Source: Candidatus Eiseniibacteriota bacterium
Lineage (GTDB): Bacteria > Joyebacterota > Joyebacteria > Joyebacterales > Joyebacteraceae
Direction: 5' to 3'
Length of the DNA stretch: 11,098 nt
Assembly (NCBI GenBank): GCA_043819135.1
Contig: JBDRFG010000171.1
Coordinates: forward strand, 1 to 11,098
A program made the translations under genes and the position numbers. Shown piece by piece: positions 1 to 5,607 of the stretch (within the stretch, counting starts at the first letter, position 1; the number at the start of each line of letters is the position of its first letter). The notes under the pieces were generated by a model. It saw only the letters and a program-made list of their open reading frames with translations. It was not told where the DNA came from and ran no database searches.

Positions 1-249
1 TTCGACTACGTGGGCGTCATCTTCGGGACCGACCTGACCTACGACCTGGACGAGCAGACCTGGGTCGGGCACAAGGACGTCTCATGCGACACGGTGGTCA
101 AGCGCTCGAAGGACCAGTTCCTCGACCTCGTGAAAAACACATACCGCGTGCTCCTCACACGCGGCATGCTCGGGTGCTATGTGCATTTCATGGACAAGGA
201 CACTGAGAGGTTTGTGAAGAGTCGGATGGAAGCTCCTCGCCAAGGCTAA
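1..249 (+). CDS. DUF2075 / Schlafen group-3-like DNA/RNA helicase domain protein, C-terminal fragment (5' end outside the window)
   Basis: Frame 1 is open from base 1. FDYVGVIFGTDL and KNTYRVLLTRGMLGCYV resemble the helicase motif V/VI region of DUF2075 proteins (FDYxGVIxGxDL; N.YRVLLTRG). Stop TAA at 247-249. The track's GTG start at 10 is internal. Confidence 0.85.
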   Translation, partial: FDYVGVIFGTDLTYDLDEQTWVGHKDVSCDTVVKRSKDQFLDLVKNTYRVLLTRGMLGCYVHFMDKDTERFVKSRMEAPRQG

Positions 250-424
250 TCCGCTGCTGCCTCTAGCGCTAGCGGCGCATCGCCCGTTTCGCCGTACCTC
301 ACATTGGCGTTCGAATCGAGTGGAAGCTCCTGGCGCTTCGCGCACGTGAGCTGACGGTAACTGTGGCAGTCGTGAGGCGGCTCTCTCAAGGAACCGACAG
401 TGGGCCCTTCGTTAGCCCGAGAAG

Positions 425-455
425 GGGCGCGGGTGGCAACAAGCCACCCGCGCCC
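425..455 (-). terminator. GC-rich stem-loop, probable intrinsic terminator of the secreted-protein gene (may also act on the convergent + strand)
   Basis: Perfect 13-bp inverted repeat GGGCGCGGGTGGC (425-437) / GCCACCCGCGCCC (443-455) with a 5-nt loop, 19 nt past the stop at 475. The minus-strand tail is only weakly U-rich (CTTCTC). Confidence 0.7.
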
Positions 456-474
456 ATCGGCTTGAGGTGCAAGC

Positions 475-3333
475 CTACCGCACCAGCATCACCTTCTCCG
501 TCAACACCTCGGCCTCGGCCTCAAGCCTGCAGAAGTAGACGCCGGAAGCGACCATACCTCCGCGCCCGTCTCGCCCGTCCCATGCCACAGCGTGTCGTCC
601 CGCCTCCTTGCGAGCATCGACGAGCAGGTTGCGCACGAGCCGCCCGGTGACGTCGTACACCTTGAGCGTGACGGCTGCAGGCTCAGGCAAGCTATAGGCG
701 ATGGAGGTCTCCAGTCCGAACGGATTGGGCGCTGCCGGCCCGAATGAGAGGATGGAGGATGCGCCTACGACTCCGGTCTGGGTCACGCTGACGACATCGG
801 ACGCTTCCCCCTCGTTGTCGTTGAGGTCGGTCCCCGTGACCCAGTACCAGTAGTCCTCGGATGGGCAGGCGTGCTCGAAGCTCGCCTCCACAGAGTAGCC
901 GAGAGGAGTCCCTGTGCCCGACTCACTCGCGCTGCCGTAGATCGTGTAGAAGTCGAAGTCCGGCTCCTCGCTCTCGACCCATGTTAGCGTGACCTTGTCG
1001 CCGACAACGTACTGGGCTTCCAGCCCCCTCGGTGCCTCAGGAGCCAGGTTGTCGATCGAGTACCCGCTGTCAGGACGTGAATCGAAGTAGACGAAGGTCT
1101 CGGGGGTCATGGCACTCACCATGAACACCGACCAGCAGACGTCTGCGGATTCGGTCGAGTCACACAGCGTGGGCGCGATGCACTGGTAGGCGCTGTCTCC
1201 ACGAGCAGGCACCGTCTGAAGGAAATCCCATCCGTCGAGACGCCCTCCCCTGAGGTCCCCAGGCGGAACGACGTCGAGCATATGGGAATCGTCGCCGGAA
1301 CACCGGTACGCATCGTGCCTGCGGTAGATGCCGTACGCGTCAATGGCGAACGGCTGCCCCGGCGCATCATGTGAGGACCGCAGCCAGTGCAGCCGTGCCT
1401 GCCGCCCCTGGTCGTTGCCTACGTCGGTGACAAATGTGATCACCGGCACCTCGGACTCGCAGCCCACTCCGAACGCTCCGATCTGCCCGCAGCCGGAGTT
1501 CCCCCACGGGGCACAAGGCGAGTCAGCGCTGACGGTGAACACGCCGCCCTCGGCATCGCAGAAGAGGGGGTCATCGGCGATGTTTCCGCTCACCCCGTAC
1601 TGGGAACTGATGTCGCCGACCCAGTCGCCTCCGGTATTGCCGTAGAGGTCGCTGCACCCGATGGCCGCAACACCCCCATTCGTGCACGAGACGGCAAGGC
1701 CGTCGTTGAGAGCGATGATCGTGTTGTTCAGCGTGACACTGGTGGTCTGTCCGCAGTGAACGGTGCCTACGGCTGCGGTGTTGCCGACGACCGTCACGTT
1801 GGTGAGAGACGGCGTGCTCGATGTGCTGGAGCTCAACGCGCTGCCTTCGACAGCTTCATTGGCCCAGAAGAGGCAGTCGGCGACATCTGGCGACGACCCA
1901 TTGTCGCAGTACACGCCCGCTCCGTGCTCAGCTATGTTACCCACGAAGGTGCACGAGAGGACGTCAGGCGCAGACAGCGCATCTCTGCAGAAGAGTCCTC
2001 CCCCATGCCCATTGACCATGGGAGCTGCGTTGCCGTCGAAGACACAGCCCTCGAACGTGGCGTGGCACTTCCAGAGGTACGCTCCAGCTCCGTTTCCGGT
2101 GTTGCCCCTGAACGTGCATCCGGCGAACGTGACGTCGGAGTACCAGGTCAGGTAGGCGCCACCGCCAAGACTCGCGGAGTTCCCGTCGAACAAGCAGCCG
2201 GTGAACACGGGCCTCGCGTGGCCACCGTCGCTGCCGCCATCGACGTAGAGCGCTCCTCCGTGGGACGCGGCGCTGTTGTCGACGAATCTGCACTCTCTTA
2301 CAGCGGGGCTCGACTGGGGCTCGCCGTAGATCCACATCGCCCCTCCTTCCGCCCCAGTGCCATTCGCAATCGTCAGCCCCTCGATGACGCACGTCGAGTC
2401 CTCACCGCTGTGCACAACGAAACCCCTGCCCGCGCTCTCACAGTCGATGATTGTGCTGTCGGCGCCGGCCAGCGACATCAGGACGATGTTCGTTCCCCCG
2501 AAGTCCAGGTCACGGTTGCCCGGGCCCGTATAGGTACAGGGCGCCACAAGCACTGTGTCCCCCTCGCTCGCGACGTCGATGGCGTCCTGGATGTCGAGGA
2601 AGTCGCCGCCCCCGGCGCAGTCAACCGTGTACGGGGAGACTAGCGCGGAGACCGAGATATTGTCCAGTCGGATGTCAGACTGGTCCCCGTACTGAGGCGG
2701 TTCCGTGATCTCGCCTATGTACAGCCGATTGAAGTCGGCGGCAACCGGGAAGGCAAGATCGTACCCCTCGTACCAGACGACGCCCAAGTCGTCCTCAATC
2801 ACCCAGTCGACGGTCTGCGCTACGGCGTGGTACTGGATCTTGAACGTGTACCACTCCCCCGCGGTGGGCTCGGACGGCGTGTGGAGTTCGCCGGCGTCGG
2901 ATCGAAGACGGAGCTTCCTTACGGTCTGCCCGTCCCACTGGTAGTTCGCGCGGAATGAGAATGTGTTGCCATCAGGCATGAGCGGGTTCGTGTCGGGAAC
3001 GAGCGTGTTCTGGAAGGTGATCCCGGGATAGCAGCCCTCGTCCGGCGTCACGATCATGAAGTCGAGTTGGACGCGGAAGTCCTTGGCTGCGTCCACGAGA
3101 GGGAATCCAGGGCTGTACGCCATGTAGTACCCGAGCCCGGTGCTCACGTCGAAGCTCTTAGCGTAGTAGTTGCCCCCGACGCCGTCCCAGTAGACGTAGG
3201 CCGAGTCCTGCGTCGCGTAGCCCGGGTCCGAGTCGAAGTCCTCTGAGTAGACTTCCACATAGACCGCGCCGGCCATCTGAGCGGCAAGCAGCACCAACAG
3301 ACTGACCATGAGACTCACTCGTGCGAACTGCAT
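475..3333 (-). CDS. Secreted multidomain protein (952 aa): signal peptide, probable beta-sandwich domain, right-handed parallel beta-helix, uncharacterised domain, FN3-like domain, C-terminal FlgD-Ig / T9SS-sorting-like domain
   Basis: ATG at 3333 has AGGAGGTG (3346-3339) 5 nt upstream and is followed by the signal peptide MQFARVSLMVSLLVLLAAQMAGA. The beta-helix cap is GGGDFLDIQDAIDVASEGDTVLVAPCTY, followed by repeated FxxN-x-A-x2-GG[AG] units. The C-terminus reads PNPF...VYDVTGRLVRNL...WDGRDGRGGMVASGVYFCRL...KVMLVR. Confidence 0.9.
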   Translation of the reverse strand: MQFARVSLMVSLLVLLAAQMAGAVYVEVYSEDFDSDPGYATQDSAYVYWDGVGGNYYAKSFDVSTGLGYYMAYSPGFPLVDAAKDFRVQLDFMIVTPDEGCYPGITFQNTLVPDTNPLMPDGNTFSFRANYQWDGQTVRKLRLRSDAGELHTPSEPTAGEWYTFKIQYHAVAQTVDWVIEDDLGVVWYEGYDLAFPVAADFNRLYIGEITEPPQYGDQSDIRLDNISVSALVSPYTVDCAGGGDFLDIQDAIDVASEGDTVLVAPCTYTGPGNRDLDFGGTNIVLMSLAGADSTIIDCESAGRGFVVHSGEDSTCVIEGLTIANGTGAEGGAMWIYGEPQSSPAVRECRFVDNSAASHGGALYVDGGSDGGHARPVFTGCLFDGNSASLGGGAYLTWYSDVTFAGCTFRGNTGNGAGAYLWKCHATFEGCVFDGNAAPMVNGHGGGLFCRDALSAPDVLSCTFVGNIAEHGAGVYCDNGSSPDVADCLFWANEAVEGSALSSSTSSTPSLTNVTVVGNTAAVGTVHCGQTTSVTLNNTIIALNDGLAVSCTNGGVAAIGCSDLYGNTGGDWVGDISSQYGVSGNIADDPLFCDAEGGVFTVSADSPCAPWGNSGCGQIGAFGVGCESEVPVITFVTDVGNDQGRQARLHWLRSSHDAPGQPFAIDAYGIYRRHDAYRCSGDDSHMLDVVPPGDLRGGRLDGWDFLQTVPARGDSAYQCIAPTLCDSTESADVCWSVFMVSAMTPETFVYFDSRPDSGYSIDNLAPEAPRGLEAQYVVGDKVTLTWVESEEPDFDFYTIYGSASESGTGTPLGYSVEASFEHACPSEDYWYWVTGTDLNDNEGEASDVVSVTQTGVVGASSILSFGPAAPNPFGLETSIAYSLPEPAAVTLKVYDVTGRLVRNLLVDARKEAGRHAVAWDGRDGRGGMVASGVYFCRLEAEAEVLTEKVMLVR

Positions 3334-3338
3334 GTCTT

Positions 3339-3346
3339 CACCTCCT
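3339..3346 (-). promoter_or_regulatory. Strong Shine-Dalgarno site
   Basis: AGGAGGTG on the minus strand, with a 5-nt spacer before ATG 3333. Confidence 0.85.
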
Positions 3347-3470
3347 GCTGTGGAGTCACGGGATGACCAGCAACGCGCCTGGCCCATCAACGACCGACAC
3401 GAGATGTCCGTTCTAAGAGGCACCTCCTTTCGCGTGTGGGCTCGAGGTACGGCGCGGCGAGCTCCAGCGC

Positions 3471-3887
3471 TCACCAAATCTGACCGCTCTTCGTTCGCGA
3501 AGCGTCTGATGCGCCCGAGACAACGGCGGCGATGATCTCGAAGATCTTGGAGGGTCCTGTCACTCTGTCCAGAACGCGCGTGGCGCCGAGTCTTCCGCAC
3601 CACATGGATGTCTCCGCGTCCTCGCTCTCGGCCAGCGCGATGACCGGAACACGGCCAAAGAGCGCGCCCGTGACCATCCCGAGAATCGCGAAGCCCTCGC
3701 TCAGCACCGCTCGCGCCGGTGGGCCCGGGTTCCCGACGTCCAGAAGAACGGCGTCCCAGACTCCGCTCTTCAGAGCTGCCAGCACGCCGTTCGCCCCATT
3801 GGCTGACACCAGCTCGCAGCCGCCGGGTCGCATTGCCTCGAAGTCGCCGAGCAGATCATGATCTACATCGACAGCCAGCACTCGCAT
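3471..3887 (-). CDS. Stand-alone receiver (REC/CheY-like) domain protein, atypical (138 aa)
   Basis: MRVLAVDVD...WDAVLLD(50)...VPVIALA...LGATRVLDR follows the receiver fold pattern. ATG 3887 is preceded by GGGAGGAG. The track's GTG at 3899 overlaps this RBS. Confidence 0.75.
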   Translation of the reverse strand: MRVLAVDVDHDLLGDFEAMRPGGCELVSANGANGVLAALKSGVWDAVLLDVGNPGPPARAVLSEGFAILGMVTGALFGRVPVIALAESEDAETSMWCGRLGATRVLDRVTGPSKIFEIIAAVVSGASDASRTKSGQIW

Positions 3888-3933
3888 CGCTCCTCCCACA
3901 TGTCAGCGCGCCGTCGTCCTCGCCGCCCAAGAC

Positions 3934-3950
3934 AGCAAGCGCGGTGCCGA
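3934..3950 (-). promoter_or_regulatory. Sigma54 (RpoN) -24/-12 promoter
   Basis: The minus strand reads TCGGCACCGCGCTTGCT, matching YGGCAC-N5-TTGCW with exact GG-N10-GC spacing (GG 3948-3947, GC 3936-3935). The predicted start is near 3923, about 36 nt before ATG 3887, and the site lies directly downstream of a sigma54 activator gene. Confidence 0.8.
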
Positions 3951-4064
3951 CGCGTAGCGATGCGCGCAACGCACAGGCGACGGTGCGGAAGCACTTCAGT
4001 TGCATGGAGTTACAGCTGGTCGGTCGACTGAGGAAGGTGACAGTCAGAAGCGGCTGGGGGCGTC

Positions 4065-4090
4065 GAGTCGGTACTCGGGAGTGACTACTC
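4065..4090. repeat. Two tandem palindromes GAGT-N4-ACTC, candidate upstream activator sequence
   Basis: GAGT-cggt-ACTC (4065-4076) and GAGT-gact-ACTC (4079-4090), about 140-170 bp upstream of the predicted sigma54 start. The repeat is seen directly; the function is inferred. Confidence 0.4.
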
Positions 4091-4242
4091 TGGCAAGAGC
4101 ACTCGAACCGCCCCAAGGTGGCGGCATGAGCGGCAGTAACAGACGTGCACTGACGTGAGACGATGGTGTGACAACTGGCGGGACTAGCAGGACTCGGCAC
4201 TTACGTCGGATTCAATTGCAGGCGCGCGTACCGGTCGGCTCT

Positions 4243-5607
4243 TCACTCAGGCTGCTGTATTCCCAGTTCACGCATTACCCGGTGAAGAGACCCACGGGCC
4301 ATGCTAGACTCCGCCGCCGCTCGTGTCACGTTCCAGCCGTTCCTGGCTAGGGCGCGAATGGCGAAGGCCCGCTTGAACTCCTGTTCATTCTGCTTCTTCG
4401 CCTCGCGATAGTCCAGCGACGCTGAGCTGCCGACGCGCACCGGTGGTGCGAAGTCGAGAGCAGTGACGATCGGGCCTTCCGACATCAGGCAGGCCCGTTC
4501 GACATCCTGCTTGAGCCCCCGGACGTTCTTCTCCCACTTGCGCTGCTGCAGGACGAAGAGCGCGTCCTCTGCGATCTCGAGATCTCTCTTCTGCTCTTCT
4601 GCGCAGGCGGCCACGAAGTGCCTGGCGAGGACCGGGACATCCTCGGGTCGATCGCGGAGCGGGGGGATATGAATGCGCTCCTCGGTCATGCGGTCGAGGA
4701 GATCTGCCTTGAAGTCACCTCTCTCGGCGAGGGCATCCAGGTCTCGATTCGTCGCAGCGATGATCCGCGCCTCCAGCACCCGGGTTCGATCGCATCCAAC
4801 GCGCCGAAAGACCCGTTCGTCAACCAGAAGGCGAAGCTGAAGCTGCGTCTCACGAGGTATGTCACCCACTTCATCAAGGAAGAGCGTCCCCCTGCCGGCC
4901 TTCTCGCACAGCCCAGATCTGGCCACGTCCGCACTCGTGTATGCCCCCTTGATGTGACCGAAGAGGTCGCTCCGGAACAGCGATGGGCTGAGCGCCGGGC
5001 AGTCCACGGCAACAAAGGGCCCGTGACGTTCGCTACGACGATGGATCTCCCTTGCGAGAAGACCCTTGCCGACTCCCCGCTCGCCCGTGATCAGAACTAC
5101 CCTATCCGTGGACGCAATCCTGCTCACGTCAGCCAGAATCCTCTTCATAACATCGCTAGCGTACACGAACGCGCCCCACCCTTCGTCCACTTCCTCCAAG
5201 GCCGTCTCGCTGTCGAGGGAGACGCGCCGCAGCTCCAGCGCTTTCTCAAGCACCTCTCCGATGTGTTCGGCCGGCGCCGTCTTCGGAACCGACCAGAACG
5301 CCCCACGCCTCTTCGCCTCGATGTGAGGCCGCGGTCTCTCCTCCTCCGACCACATGACCACAGGCACGCGCGGGCACGTGTCGACGATCTCGGTCAGCGC
5401 CTGCAGCCCCCGTTCCTCGCCCGTGGACTGCTCTAGGAGATCCAGCAGCACCACATCCGGGTCTTCCTTCTGACACAACTCCGCCGCGTCGCCGAAGTCA
5501 GCGGTCTTCGCGCAGATGAACTCCGGCGACAGCCGGATCACCGCCTCTTCCAGAAACTCCGGATCGTCATCCACCAGCAGCAGCTTCGCCTTGCGTCGCT
5601 CAGTCAT
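4243..5607 (-). CDS. NtrC-family sigma54-dependent response regulator (REC + AAA+ + Fis-type HTH), 454 aa
   Basis: Receiver motifs LLLVDDD, DVVLLD(56), VVMWS and VPK. Walker A GERGVGKG, loop SDLFGHIKGAYTSA, Walker B LFLDEVG, RIIAATNRDL, IPPLRDRPED, sensor II WEKNVRGL, and HTH ALARNGWNVTRAA...RGSLHRVM. Overlaps the upstream kinase gene by 8 nt (ATGACTGA) and has RBS GAGGT. Confidence 0.95.
   Translation of the reverse strand: MTERRKAKLLLVDDDPEFLEEAVIRLSPEFICAKTADFGDAAELCQKEDPDVVLLDLLEQSTGEERGLQALTEIVDTCPRVPVVMWSEEERPRPHIEAKRRGAFWSVPKTAPAEHIGEVLEKALELRRVSLDSETALEEVDEGWGAFVYASDVMKRILADVSRIASTDRVVLITGERGVGKGLLAREIHRRSERHGPFVAVDCPALSPSLFRSDLFGHIKGAYTSADVARSGLCEKAGRGTLFLDEVGDIPRETQLQLRLLVDERVFRRVGCDRTRVLEARIIAATNRDLDALAERGDFKADLLDRMTEERIHIPPLRDRPEDVPVLARHFVAACAEEQKRDLEIAEDALFVLQQRKWEKNVRGLKQDVERACLMSEGPIVTALDFAPPVRVGSSASLDYREAKKQNEQEFKRAFAIRALARNGWNVTRAAAESSMARGSLHRVMRELGIQQPE

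Noticed and set aside
1387..2643. 418-aa plus-strand ORF and other long antisense ORFs (4618-5436, 5516-6145, 10191-10751)
   Set aside because: They are shadows of well-supported minus-strand genes in GC-rich DNA, with no recognisable motifs.
3369..3385. Second sigma54-like site GGGCCAGGCGCGTTGCT before the secreted-protein gene
   Set aside because: GG-to-GC spacing is 11 nt rather than the strictly required 10.
3334..3603. 90-codon N-terminal extension of the large ORF (track start 3603)
   Set aside because: It overlaps the receiver gene and reads as non-protein-like. The strong RBS and signal peptide place the start at 3333.
3856..4200. 114-aa minus-strand ORF between activator and receiver genes
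   Set aside because: It has no RBS or motif and runs across the sigma54 promoter and the receiver start. The region is better explained as regulatory.
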